From: Octopus bimaculoides
Lineage: Eukaryota
Reading direction: 5' to 3'
Length of the DNA stretch: 63,756 bases
Assembly (NCBI RefSeq): GCF_001194135.2
Contig: NC_068990.1
Location: 33,131,219-33,194,974, forward strand
The translations under genes were made by a program, and so were the position numbers. A model generated the notes under the pieces. The model was not told the origin of the DNA. It did no database searches and was given only the letters and a program-made list of their open reading frames with translations. Every line of letters starts with the position of its first letter. Position 1 is the first letter of the stretch. Below are positions 24,086 to 37,039 of the stretch, piece after piece.

Positions 24086-24231
24086 TTAAGGGAAAAGGAA
24101 ATCAGGTGAACTGAGAATGACTTGGAGATCAAGAAAAGTGGGGATAGAGGAAGACATGGATGATAAGAAACTAAGTAAAAAGAATAGGAGAGGTCTGCTC
24201 AGTTAAATTTGACCTGGATCTAAACAACATC

Positions 24232-24551
24232 CTTCACACAAACATATATCCCACAAATACACATAGCCACATACCTCACAAACATATACATCACAGACAC
24301 ATATCATATAGGTACATAGTCCATAAACATACATTTCACAAGTGCACATCTCACAAATATATATATTCTTTTACTTGTTTCAGTCATTTGACTGTGGCCA
24401 CCCTGGAGCACCGTCTTTAGTCAAATAAATCGACCCCAGGACTTACTCTTTGTAAGCCTAGTACTTATTCTATCAGTGTCTTTTACTGAACTGCTGAGTT
24501 ACGGGGACGTAAACACAACAATATTGGTTGTCAAGTGATGGTGTGGGAACA

Positions 24552-24593
<42 letters not shown>

Positions 24594-25120
24594 ATGAGTT
24601 TCTTTCAGTTTCCATCTACCAAATCCACTCACAAGGCTTTGGTCGGCCTGAGGGTATAGTAGAAGACACTTGCCCAAGCGACCATGCAGCGAGACTGAAC
24701 CTGAAAGCATGTGGTTGGGAAGCAAACTTCTTACCACACTGCCACTCCTGCACCTATATATATAATGTATATATATGTGTGTGCGTGTGTGTGTGTGTAC
24801 ATATATACACACACACACATATATCATAAATGCAGCGCATACACATACCCCAATACACACACACACATCTCACAAACACATACTTTACAAATACACATCA
24901 CACAAGCACATATCTCATAAATACTTATCCTGTAAACACAAGCACATGCGTACACACACACACATTTGTGCACCACACAAGCATATACCTCACTAACGCA
25001 CATTTCGCAAATGCAACCCACACATCTCATTACAAACACGCATCTTCTAACCACTATCCACAAATACACATTAATAAATATGCATATCACAAACTGACAT
25101 CTTAGAAACACATGTACATA
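24232..25120. repeat. Degenerate ~15-bp minisatellite (CACAAACACACATCT-like), split by a SINE
   Basis: Recurring CACAAA...CATCT units at 24232-24362 and 24860-25120. Confidence 0.6.
24365..24756 (-). mobile_element. Full-length SINE family A (tail-1)
   Basis: Reverse complement of 9455-9848. Confidence 0.9.
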
Positions 25121-25786
25121 TTATCAAATTTAGAAACATTATCAAGCAGTAAATGTAAAAAATATAAATAAAGAAACTTATATTAAATCAATAAATAGAA
25201 ATATTTATCAAATATGTGATCAGACCTATTGACTTTTGCCTATAGAAATCATGCTTTCTTTTTCTCAAGAGCTAAGCGAACTAATGTAATGTGAAATACA
25301 ATATCCTGTTCAGAAATTCAATGCTGTATCATTACTAGATTTGAACCAGCAACCCTTAAATTTGTGGTTCGAATGAAATGGAATGTAATGTCAATTTATG
25401 ACAATAGTCCTTTGACTGAGACAGCTTGAGAGATCAATAACCCCTTGTACAGAACCTCTGTACAACATAGGTTACATTCCTAGAATATCTGATCAAATTT
25501 ACCAAAGACTAGATCATCTCAGACTGGGAGAATTAAGTGTGCTGAATAAAGACACAAAAGAATGCCCTGAGCCCCCATAGCTGCTTTTATAATGTCCTAC
25601 CATTTCAGTCCTTTTACCATTTTGTCATGCATACATCAAGAATACGGTAAATATGTCTTTTATGGGGTAAAATTTCTTCTCCTTAAGTCCTTTAAAAGTC
25701 AACTCACTAAATCAGCATTTGCAGTCTTGTAACAAATGTCACACATTCTCTTGGCCTTTATATTGGAAAACTGCCTTTCAACAATC

Positions 25787-25824
<38 letters not shown>

Positions 25825-26338
25825 TGCAATTACAGGGATTGTCAAACAACTTTGTAATATTGGCATCCACTAGAAGTGCATTCATTCTGTAGAGTATTTA
25901 GAGACAGTAAATGAAGGTAATACGCAAATTGGAAAATCTGGAACAAGGAATATTTGTTGCAAGAATGTTCCAAAAGTATTGTGGAGACTTTCTCACACAC
26001 ACACAAATTCACACTTTTGAAATGTATACACCAATTTACAAGCATACATACATATACAAACACATATAGACACACAATTAAATATGCATTTATAAACACA
26101 TGTACATACATGCATTTACAAACACATATAGACAGATCTACAAACATATACCTATACACACAAATGCACACATGCACACACACACACACACACACACACA
26201 AAGAGATAAAGAAATTGGAATGAAGATATTAAAAGTCCATTTCTAAATTTATGAATGATGTCCAGTAATCTAGGCATTTGTACTTTACATATATGCCTGT
26301 GCGCATGTATAAACAGATAGATAGATAACTGGAGTGTA

Positions 26339-26490
26339 CAGTAATCTCTCGACTATCACAGGAGTTACATTCCAAAACCTCCTGTGATAGGTGAAAATCC
26401 ACGAAGTTGAAACAGTACTGTACTGTATATATTTTTTATCATTTTTATAATTTGCATATGTTTATTTTATCATAAAAGCAAAACAATACC
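26339..26490 (+). mobile_element. pogo/Tigger-like MITE, left part
   Basis: TA|CAGTAATCTCTCGACTATC; colinear with 42795-42894 joined to 43261-43310. Confidence 0.65.
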
Positions 26491-26696
26491 ACACACTCAC
26501 CTCCTGAGTTTTGTTTTCCATACAGTACGTGCAATTCTTTGTTTACTCATCCATGGTACACTACATATTTTCTTTTAATATATTTTAATTAATGTGTTTA
26601 TAATGGAAGGAAAGTTTTTATGATACTTTTGGGGTATCTTCTTCCATAATAATTATTCTGTTGATTCAAGGAGCTGGAAATATGAAGAATATATAT

Positions 26697-27030
26697 CATC
26701 ATCGTTTAACGTCCGCTTTCCATGCTGGCATGGGTTGGACGGTTTGACTGGGTGAGCCAGATGGCTGCACCAGGCTCCAATCTGATCTGACAGAGTTTCT
26801 ACAGCTGGATGCCCTTCCTAATGCCAACCACTCTGAAAGTGTAGTGGGTGCTTTTACATACCACGGGCACAAGGGCCAGTCAGGCGGTACTGGCAACAGC
26901 CATGCTCAAATGGTGGTTTTACGTGTCACCTGCACAGGAGCCAGTCCAGCGACACTGGCCATGCCCTCGCTCGAATGTTGTTTTCCACGTACCACCGGCA
27001 CAAGTGCCAGTAAGGCAACGCTGGTGCCAA
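26697..27030 (-). mobile_element. SINE family B, longest copy in window
   Basis: Homologous to 14191-14482, with additional upstream sequence. Confidence 0.9.
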
Positions 27031-27073
27031 TATATATATATATATATATATGCTCGCATGCATNNNNNNNNNN

Positions 27074-27215
27074 TTTACGTGTCACCTGCACAGGAGCCAG
27101 TCCAGCGACACTGGCCATGCCCTCGCTCGAATGTTGTTTTCCACGTACCACCGGCACAAGTGCCAGTAAGGCAACGCTGGTGCCAATATATATATATATA
27201 TATATATGCTCGCAT
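27074..27215. other. Exact duplicate of 26918-27063 across a 10-N gap (likely unmerged contig overlap)
   Basis: Identical sequence on both sides of the gap. Confidence 0.85.
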
Positions 27216-27296
27216 GCATATATGCGTGTATGAGTGAGTAAGTGTGTGTGTGTATAGGTAGTTAGATAAATAAACACAAATCTGTTCTCAGTAAAT

Positions 27297-27615
27297 AGGC
27301 CTTAATGAAGGTAAAAGTAGAGCTGCACTTGGCCTTAATAACGGTAGAAATGTATTGGGCCTTAGTAGGGGTGACAGTTAAAGGTGTAGTAGGCCTTCAT
27401 GAAGGTGACAGTTACAAGGGCATTGGGTCTTAATGAAGATGACAATCGATGAGAGTGACAAAAGAGATGTACCGGTCATTAATGTGGGTGACAGTTAGAA
27501 GTGTATTGAGCCTTAATGTGAGTGAGAGTAGAAGTGCAATGATATGTAATTAGAGTGACAGTAAAGTTGGAGTGAAGCTCAATTAGAGTATGAATAGAGG
27601 TGCAGTGGACCTTAA
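27297..27615. repeat. Degenerate ~33-bp minisatellite (GGCCTTAATGAAGGTGACAGTAGAAGTGTATTG-like), ~10 units
   Basis: Recurring GGCCTTAAT...GTGACAGT; most units are 27-35 bp. Confidence 0.75.
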
Positions 27616-27919
27616 CAGAATGAGTAACAGAATGGGTTTATTTCAAAGCAAGGATAACGGGGAAGCAGTCCATTGGGAACTCCAAAGGCGGTGGATAAGG
27701 TGGAATGAGGGCCAGTTATCAAAATGATGGCTATAGTGGTAATGCAAGATGGGATGTTGTTCTTGTTGTTGTTTAGCCCTAGGCCAGTGCTTAGTGAGTA
27801 AAACCTATTATCAATAAAGTCATTCAAGTAGTGATTATCCTGTCTTCTTATCAGGAATAGTGTAGCCTTCATGACATTATCCAATGTTTCCTGTTTTAAG
27901 ACGGTATCAGAGTGCATAT

Positions 27920-28078
27920 GGATTATGATGATGATGACGACGACGATGATGATGATGATGACTGTAAATAGAATCATCATGATGACAGTGGTAATGATGA
28001 TGACGATGATATTGATGATGATATGATGATTGGTGGCGGAAATGAAAAATGATAATTGTGGCTGTGATGAAAATGATT

Positions 28079-28113
<35 letters not shown>

Positions 28114-28420
28114 AAAAATGTTGATCATAACAAAAGCAATGAATACTTTGGCATCTACCATTGCAGCTGTTGTTAGTGCTGCACCTTCTGCCGCTATCCT
28201 GTTCCTATCATTATGATTGCTATTCCTATAGTTTCTATTGTCCTTTTTACTGCTGCACTTGTTGTTGTTGCTGCTGCTGCTGTTGTTGTTGTTATTGCTG
28301 TTGTTGTCATTATTACCCCTGCTACATTTGTTATTGTTGTTGCTGTTGTTGTTGTTATTGTTTCTTGTTTCTGCTAGGGTGGGTTTTTTTTTTTGTTTTT
28401 ATTGTTGCTGTTGCTTGTTG
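27920..28420. repeat. (GAT)n and (GTT/GCT)n low-complexity tracts
   Basis: Directly visible. Confidence 0.9.
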
Positions 28421-28699
28421 TGGTGACAATAATGCAACAGTAATGAAAACATTGAAATAGAGAAATACAATTTTAATAAACATGATGGAATAATTATCAC
28501 CAATTAAATTATCCTCTCAATTCAAAAATTTTTTCCTCTATTTTTGCTTTTCACTTCAATTATTTATTTGCTTTTTACAATTTTTTTAAAAATTTACCTA
28601 GTTCTTTTTTTCTTATATTTTTGGGCAAATTGTCATGAATTTTTAAAGTTGTTTCTGAAACACTAATTAAGAATATCACTATATTTATGTATTTAGTCA

Positions 28700-28700
28700 G

Positions 28701-28739
<39 letters not shown>

Positions 28740-28938
28740 TGTGTATATATATATGTGTGTGTGTGTTTATAACCAAATATGTACGTACACACACACACAT
28801 ATATATCATCGTATAATATTTATTATATACACATAATACACACACCTACACACATACGTTGTATCATTATATTTATTCATTATCTGATAGACCCTTTCAC
28901 ACATCTCTTACTCACATACAAAACTATAAACATACATG

Positions 28939-28982
<44 letters not shown>

Positions 28983-29172
28983 CATACACACCTATGTATG
29001 TGTGACGTGTGTGTATAGATGTGCATCTGTGTGTGTATATATATATATATGTATATATATATATGTATGTACGTATGTGTGTGTATATATATGTGTATGC
29101 GTGTGTGTATATATACATACTTATATATATATATATATATATAGATGAACACACGTGATGTGTATGTATGTT

Positions 29173-29209
<37 letters not shown>

Positions 29210-29210
29210 C
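28700..29210. repeat. (TA)n/(CA)n/(TG)n compound microsatellite
   Basis: Directly visible. Confidence 0.9.
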
Positions 29211-29339
29211 AGTATATTTATATTATTAATATTTGATTGTATGTATAGTTTTATATAAAACAAATATTAAACTGAAGGATGAATCACTCAATATTTTCCA
29301 GGAGAGTAACACATTCATTTTTATTTGTACAAAAAATAA

Positions 29340-32300
29340 ATTGATAGTTTCATCAACATGACAGCTATGTGGTCTTTATCGAACTATATAGCCCAAATTT
29401 CCAAGTAACTGTCTGTCTTTGCTTTGTAAAACTAATACATGTACATACATTTACACACACACACACACACACACATGCATGCATGCATGCACACATTTAT
29501 ATCAATTCACCAAAATTCAGTTGGTTTGTCTCACTTGCAGTGTATTCAGATCAATCAACGAACTCTGTAGACTGACCTGTATAATAGCTTTGCAGACACA
29601 GTCAAAGCAGTGATGATGGTTGAACTGGAAGGCGATATATTCCAGCAAGTACATTTATTGGAAGCTCAAGACATGGTAAAGCGCTATCAAGGTGCCATGG
29701 TCATTGTAAGGAAATTTGTAAAGCCTACATTATTTGTCACTTTCATCTGCAAACCAAAATGAGAAGAAATAACAAGAGAGCTAAACACTGATCAAACTGT
29801 TGTGAATTGTCCTGAAATAACTGCGTGAATTTTCGAAACAAACCCGCATCAACTTCTACTGGACATCAAATCTAGAGTTTTGGAAAAGTTAGTGGCCGGT
29901 GTGAACACAACTGAATTTCAAAAAAAAAAAAAAAAAGTGGTCTATTACACTGTCACTTCCTATTTACAATAGAAAACAGTCACAATGCATAGCAAGAAAT
30001 CAACAAAGTTGTTTCTGCTGAACTTGCTAGCTGAGAAAATCCAAACATGGCTGCTCTATATATTTCGGTGAAGGAGCACATGATACACAAACCATGTGGA
30101 GAGCATAATGCAATTTCACCTTGCATCATAAAAGGATTCTGCAGAAGAGTTATCCCTGTGAATTCCATTCACAAATTATCACTAACGATGAATGTTATCC
30201 ACTGTATTGGTGACAAATCCCAGCTGAAGGAAACCATACTGCCTCTGTGAGAACTGGAAATAGGGACATCGATGTAGATAACAGACACATAGTTCCCTGT
30301 TTTGCCTGGCTGCTGCAGAAATGTGAAGCTCACATTAATGTTGAGTGGTGTGTGTCAATCAAAGCTGTATAAATATATATTCAAAGGAGCAGACCATTCT
30401 GTAATTTCTCCAGAAAGAAAGCAAGGATGGATTTGTACTGATCTTGGTGATGCAGCTCAAAACAAGATCATGAAATATGAAAATTACAGGTACCTTGAAT
30501 CGTCTGAATCATGCTTGAGACTTTCTGAGTTTCCAATTCAACAAGGAAGTCTTTCTGTTGAATGCCTTTAAATTCACTTGCCCAATCAACATGTAGTTTT
30601 TGATATAAACAGCCCAGAATATGCTTTGCAGCAAGCTCAAATAACTAAACTCACTGCTTATTTTGATAAGAATCATGAAGATGCAGAAGCAAGAAGTATT
30701 CTTTATTGTGACTTCTCTGATTATTGTACATCGAGTAAGACCTAGAGAAGGAGAGTAAGAAGGAATAACACAGACAATTGGTAGAATGTACACAGTCTAT
30801 TTGTCTTAGGATAACTCTTCCATTTGAGATTGTTGCTTCACCAGAAGATCAGAGCTACAAATTTTGAAGACCTGCTGATAGTTGATAATGCAACATGTGG
30901 ATGTTTTAAACATGGATGTCAGGCTATGAATCTTCTTGAAAATGAGCCTGGAAGAGCACGTGTATATGCATGAGGTAACCACAACTCATTCTGCTAACCA
31001 GCTTAGAAGGTTATTTGAGACAATTCTTCGCCTCTGTTGTCCATCTGAGCCTCTAACATTATACAACATGCTCCATAATAATCTGTCTGAAGACTTTCTG
31101 TGTCACAGAAAAGAAACAATGATGTTTGAGCATGCAACAGAAGTGGCTGTTAAATGACATCTTGTGTGTTCTGGATCATCAATTAATACAATATCATTGT
31201 TCAACAGTTGATTATGATTTATCTGCTGCAAATCACCAAGAACAGACTGCATCTGTCAATCAAGATGAAACAAATCCCTCAGCAAAAATCCTACTACACT
31301 GATCACATTGACATGTTTAACAATTAACAGAGGATTGTCTTTGAAATAATCAAAACAAAAATTGACTCCAATTAAGGTTTTTTTTAATTTATTGAGGCTG
31401 GAGGAGGAACAGGCAAAAGTTTCCTGTTAAACTTGTGTTTACAAAAAAAAAAAAAGAAAAGAGGAATCACCCTCACTACAGTTTCCTTTAGTATTGTGGT
31501 GACACTGATAAGGCTCAGTGACACTGTTTCTTCCTGCTTCATGTTCCCCATTCTAGTAATATCAACTCCAACATGTCATGTGTTGCCTAATGATGCAACT
31601 GGATGCCTTTTATATGAAGCTCAGCTGTTGGTAAGGGATGAAGCCCCTATGTGTCCCAGACATCTTTTTGAAACTTTAAATTGCACACTTCAGGATGACA
31701 TGAACAATGAACAACTCCTTGGAGGAAAATTATTGGTCCTTGGTGGAGATTTGTGATAAATTCTTCCTGTAGTTCACAAAGTCACTCAACCTTCACTAAT
31801 TAATGCATGCATAAGTCATTGCAAAGCATTGCATCTACAGACAAATATGAGAGTTCTAAATTGTCTAAATAACAATGATATACAAATAATTAACTAAATC
31901 ATTATATGAACTGGCTGTTGGAACTGAGCAAAGTAAAGACTCCCAACATCATTGATGGTGATCTTTTATTTAAAGATGCCACTGTATTCCCCACTTTCCT
32001 TGTCTGTAAGTTCCAAAGAAAAATTGATTGAATTTGTAGATGATTTACCAGCGAACTACAGAAATGGGCAATGAATGTCTTCAAGAGTATTTTAACAACA
32101 AAAATACATATAAGTTAATAAGCTGAATAATGACATTATGGGAAAACTTCTGGGAAATGGAATTATATTAAGAAATATGAATTCAGTGGCAGAAGAAAAT
32201 CAATCTTTTTTCTATTCTCCAGAATTTTTGAATTCAGTAAGTATATGTGGGCTTCTTCCTCACACCATCAAGATCAAGACTCCAGTAATGCTATTACAAA

Positions 32301-32868
32301 ATATAGATCGCACTCAAGGCCACTGAAATGGTACTTACTTCACAGTACTCAATTCTATTGATGCTTTACTGACTTTGAGGGAACTCAGTGGTGTGGATAG
32401 TGGAGCTGTGCTGACCATTTCTAAAATTCCCCTTCAGCTCTCTGACACAGACTTACCATTCACCCTAAATAAGAGTCAAAGACAAAGTTTAGAAAGATGT
32501 GAATTATATCTTCCTGATTCAGCGTTCAAACATTGACAATTTTATGTTGCTAACAGCAGAGTAGGAGACCTAAAAAATTAGCACATATACGCAGACCAAA
32601 CAGAATTCAGTAGCACAGCCAAGAAGAAGCAAGATTATAGAAAAAGAACTTTGACATCTAAAGTGGTTCACCATGAACTTATCTTATGAGATATTACTCA
32701 ATGAATATGCTTCAGTATTTCAAATAAATATTATTGTTCAATAGTATTCAAACTGTTATCAATTTCCACTGAAGAAGTCAATCTAAATGTTATTTGCACA
32801 GTTTATGAAAGTACATATACGATTAACAAATATTTTTACCTGTAGTGTAACACTAGGTAACAGCCTAG
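29340..32868 (+). mobile_element. Decayed autonomous Helitron (RepHel), 5'-truncated, 3' terminus retained
   Basis: Rep motifs: PASTFIGSSRH (29642), AMVIVRKFVKPTLFVTF, TEFQK..GLLHCHF (HUH 29948-29956), EAHINVEWCVSIKAV, YIFKGADH. Pif1 motifs: GGGTGKS (31400-31420), DEAPM (31637), LGGDL, FYSPEFLNS...PVMLLQNID, NKSQRQSL (32468). Hairpin then CTAG|T at 32865-32869. Many stops and frameshifts. Confidence 0.92.
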
Positions 32869-33296
32869 TAGTAGTAATAATAATAGTAGTAGTAGTAGTA
32901 GTAGCAGCAGATAATTATGGTTGCTTAAAAGTAACTTTCTCTTCCCCAGTTTCCAAATAAAATGTTTAAGTTATTATGCATTATGTTAGTGAATGAGAAT
33001 GATAAAATAGATGCTGAGAAGTGAGCTGTAAATATAGAGAGCACAATAGATTCAGCACAAACAACAGCTATTGCATAGCAAATGTACCATAACTTCTCTC
33101 TCCTTCCTTCCTGAGAGCTCACATGTTTGTTCTGAGATGAGCTACTTCTGTGAGTGGAATGCATATTGCTTGATTGTAAGTCATATTATACACATAGATG
33201 CATGCATATACATACATATGTACATACAACTTACATATATGAATGCATATTTTCTGCACATGTAATCACAAACACACAGATATGAGTGTGTATGTA

Positions 33297-33579
33297 TACA
33301 AAAGCATACACATATAGACTAATATTAATACACAGGTAGATGTACACAGGTGCATGCACAAGCTCATAGCTGTATAGACACACACATGTATTTGCATATT
33401 TGTGTGTGCATGTGCAATGTATGTGTGTAAACACATTAATCCTTATACAGAAGCATACACATATAGACTAATATTAATATACAGGTACATGTACACAGGT
33501 GCATGCACAGGCTCATAGCTATACACACACACACACACGCACACACATACACACACACACACACACACANNNNNNNNNN

Positions 33580-33620
<41 letters not shown>

Positions 33621-33775
33621 TTTGCATGTTTGTGAGTGCATGTGCAGTGTATGTATGTGTGTGAGTGTAAACACATTAATCCTTATACAGAAGCATACAC
33701 ATATAGACTAATATTAATACACAGGTACATGTACACAGGTACATGTACACAGGTGCATGCACAGGCTCATACCTG
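33297..33775. repeat. Three imperfect copies of a ~75-bp core (TACAGAAGCATACACATATAGACTAATATTAAT...GCTCATA) separated by CA/TG tracts
   Basis: Cores near 33297, 33446 and 33686; a 10-N gap lies between copies 2 and 3. Confidence 0.8.
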
Positions 33776-35689
33776 TACACACACACACACTGTACATGCA
33801 CACACAAACATGCAAACACACGTCATGGTTGATTAACAGCACAGCTTAATGGGTTTACTTTGAAATTTTTGCCAAAGGGATAATCTGATAAAAAGGCTTA
33901 AATAATTTAGAAGATTAGAACAAACAACTTGTTGCTGATATTCAGTTAATTAATGATGTGTGTACAGAAAATAGGCTAAGTGTAAATATACACACACATA
34001 TAAACATTCGTATACATACACATTAGCACTTGCGAATTGATATAAACAGGTGCACCCCATGAGTTGAACGAAAGCATATTGATAAAGGTGATATACCAAT
34101 ATATACACACACGTATATGCATATACATACATACATACACACATATATATATGCACATATTTATACATGTACATACATACCTACATGCGCACATGCAGAC
34201 ACACACACATATATATTTATATAAATATATATACACACACAAAGAGAAAGAGGGAGAGAGAGAGAGAGAGAGAGAAAGGCGATGGTGGGGAGAGGTGGGA
34301 GGTAAAAGATTGGTAAAAGGTGGATTTCACAGATATATGTGTATATTTGTCTTTGTCTTTGTTTATGTAATCATGAAGACTATTTAAACAGTGAGGTTAA
34401 ATGTTTGTTTATTAAATGTGTACATGTAAATTTATCGACGATTTGTCCACAAAGCTGCTGTCGTTGGTCTTTTAGTTTATAAAACCCACAATGACAATGG
34501 ATAGACTTATTTAGAAATGAGCAAAAACTATATCTGTTGTTCAAAGCTTTGTTTTTTTTTTGTTTTTTTGCAAATATCTGCTTGTTACTCACACACATAC
34601 ACACACTCTCTCTCTCTTTCCCTATCTCAATTTCTCCCTATTTTTGTCTGTATAGCAGAAGAAAGAAATATTCAAGATTAGTTGGTAATGACTGAGAAAA
34701 CCAGTCAAGCATGTTATTCAGTCAATTATTAAAGAAATTATCATGAAGGATATCTTTAGGTCTCTGCAAATTTATCCACAAACATTTTAGTAAATCTTAT
34801 AAGTTTTGGTAAATCTTCATATCAATTTCTTAAAATTAAAGAAAAACTTGTTTACATAGGGTTACATTCCCATATTTGGATTTATTAATTCCTTCCATGT
34901 TATTTCCTATATGATACAAACAAGTCCAATAGATGCGTATATAAGAATGCTTCAAGCTCCATAATTCTTATTCTCACTTGAATTGAGAATAAAAAACCTT
35001 AAGAAGCAATTCATAGGTATTCAGCTTTGAATAAATATAAATCCAATCTACCTTACAGTATTGACTCCTTCTTCTGGCTTAATTGCATTTGTGACACTAT
35101 AACACTGAGCACTCTCTGCAGCTTGGTAAACCAGCTGACTCATGAAGCAGTGACTGATTGATTTTATTAAATGCATATACATTCCAAGAGACAAAATATG
35201 TATCAATACAATGAAATGGAAAAAAAAAAATGAGGTGGAAAGCACTCATCTTTGGAAAAGATTACTTGACCAACATTTAGAAACAACTAAGGCTTTCAAT
35301 TATACAAATGTCACCTGACTAATGAATTATTAAATCATTTTAAATTTAATTTCTTCAACTGCATAACTTTTATTAATAACTCCCAACAAACTCTCAATAG
35401 CAATATAACAACATTCAAAACACATTTACATAACATTTGCCTAGAAACAACAAAACAAAAGAAACCTCATTAACACCATCAAAGACTTGATATAAAATTT
35501 AGTTTTTTGCTGCTCTTTCTAGCGGGTTAGATGTCCTATTATAGGCATCTCTATATTTCAAATGAATAATATATATGTAGTCTATTGACTAATTTTTTAT
35601 TCTCGCTGGACCACTGGTGGTAAATTATATTTCTAAAATTTCTTTTGCTGCCCTATGATTAATAATAAATATATATATATATATATATA

Positions 35690-35845
35690 TCGTCGTTTAT
35701 CATCGTCGTTTAATGTCCGCTTTCCATGCTAGCATGGGTTGGACGATTTGACTGAGGACTGGTGAAACCGGATGGCAACACCAGGCTCCAATCCAATTTG
35801 GCAGAGTTTCTACAGCTGGATGCCCTTCCTAACGCCAACCACTCA
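35690..35845 (-). mobile_element. SINE family B, young, into gap
   Basis: Near-identical to 14191-14350. Confidence 0.9.
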
Positions 35846-36424
35846 NNNNNNNNNNNNNNNNNNNNNNNNNNNNNNNNNNNNNNNNNNNNNNNNNNNNNNN
35901 NNNNNNNNNNNNNNNNNNNNNNNNNNNNNNNNNNNNNNNNNNNNNNNNNNNNNNNNNNNNNNNNNNNNNNNNNNNNNNNNNNNNNNNNNNNNNNNNNNNN
36001 NNNNNNNNNNNNNNNNNNNNNNNNNNNNNNNNNNNNNNNNNNNNNNNNNNNNNNNNNNNNNNNNNNNNNNNNNNNNNNNNNNNNNNNNNNNNNNNNNNNN
36101 NNNNNNNNNNNNNNNNNNNNNNNNNNNNNNNNNNNNNNNNNNNNNNNNNNNNNNNNNNNNNNNNNNNNNNNNNNNNNNNNNNNNNNNNNNNNNNNNNNNN
36201 NNNNNNNNNNNNNNNNNNNNNNNNNNNNNNNNNNNNNNNNNNNNNNACAAATTTTGTTGTGTCTGGGGAGAGTCAGACTGCCTTAATATCTAACACACTC
36301 ACCAGTTTAATTCCCACTCATTTACTGCTTATATTTTTCCTATCCTGAAATTTTCTTTGCTTCTGCAACCTTGTCAATGGATGTTGACTCTGTTGAATCT
36401 GAGTTGCATTTATTTTGTTTGGTT

Positions 36425-36450
36425 GTGTGCATGTGTGCTTGTCTATGCAC

Positions 36451-36481
<31 letters not shown>

Positions 36482-36910
36482 TGTTTGTATGTATGTACAT
36501 ATATGTACATATATGTATGCATGTATGTGTGTCTGCATGCATATATGTATGTATGTATGCATGTGTGTATGTATATATGTATGGATTCTGCATATTCATG
36601 TGGTTGCGTGTGTATGTGTGTGTGTGCATGCTTGTGTGTTTGTATATGTATGTGTGTTGTGTATGCATGCTTGTGTGTTTGTGTATGTATGTGTGTATTT
36701 GTGTGTGTATGTTTGAATGTCTCTATGTGTATGAGTTTTTGTGACTTTGTACGTGAATCTATTATGCATGGATATGTGTCCACATATGTGTCTTCATGTG
36801 TATGCATGTGTGTTGAGTATATGTATGTGTGCATATGGTCATGCGTTCCTGTCTCCTTTTGCGTGTAAGTGTGTGTGTGTGTGTGTTTGTGTGTACCTGT
36901 GTATGTATAT
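36425..36910. repeat. Degenerate (TG/TA)n alternating purine-pyrimidine tract
   Basis: Directly visible. Confidence 0.9.
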
Positions 36911-37039
36911 TCTGTGGGTATTGGGGTATCATTACCTTCTATATGTATTTCCTGTTTAGTATGGGGAGATGTTTCATTTATGAAGAAGTACTCCTGTATT
37001 TATCTGAGTGATGGGTCCTTTGGGTGCTTAGATAAATTG

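Noticed and set aside
27297-27615. CRISPR-like array
   Set aside because: Units are contiguous degenerate repeats without unique spacers; eukaryotic context and no cas genes.
31391-32500. Functional host PIF1 helicase gene
   Set aside because: Multiple stops and frameshifts, no intron structure, fused to a Helitron Rep domain and terminus.
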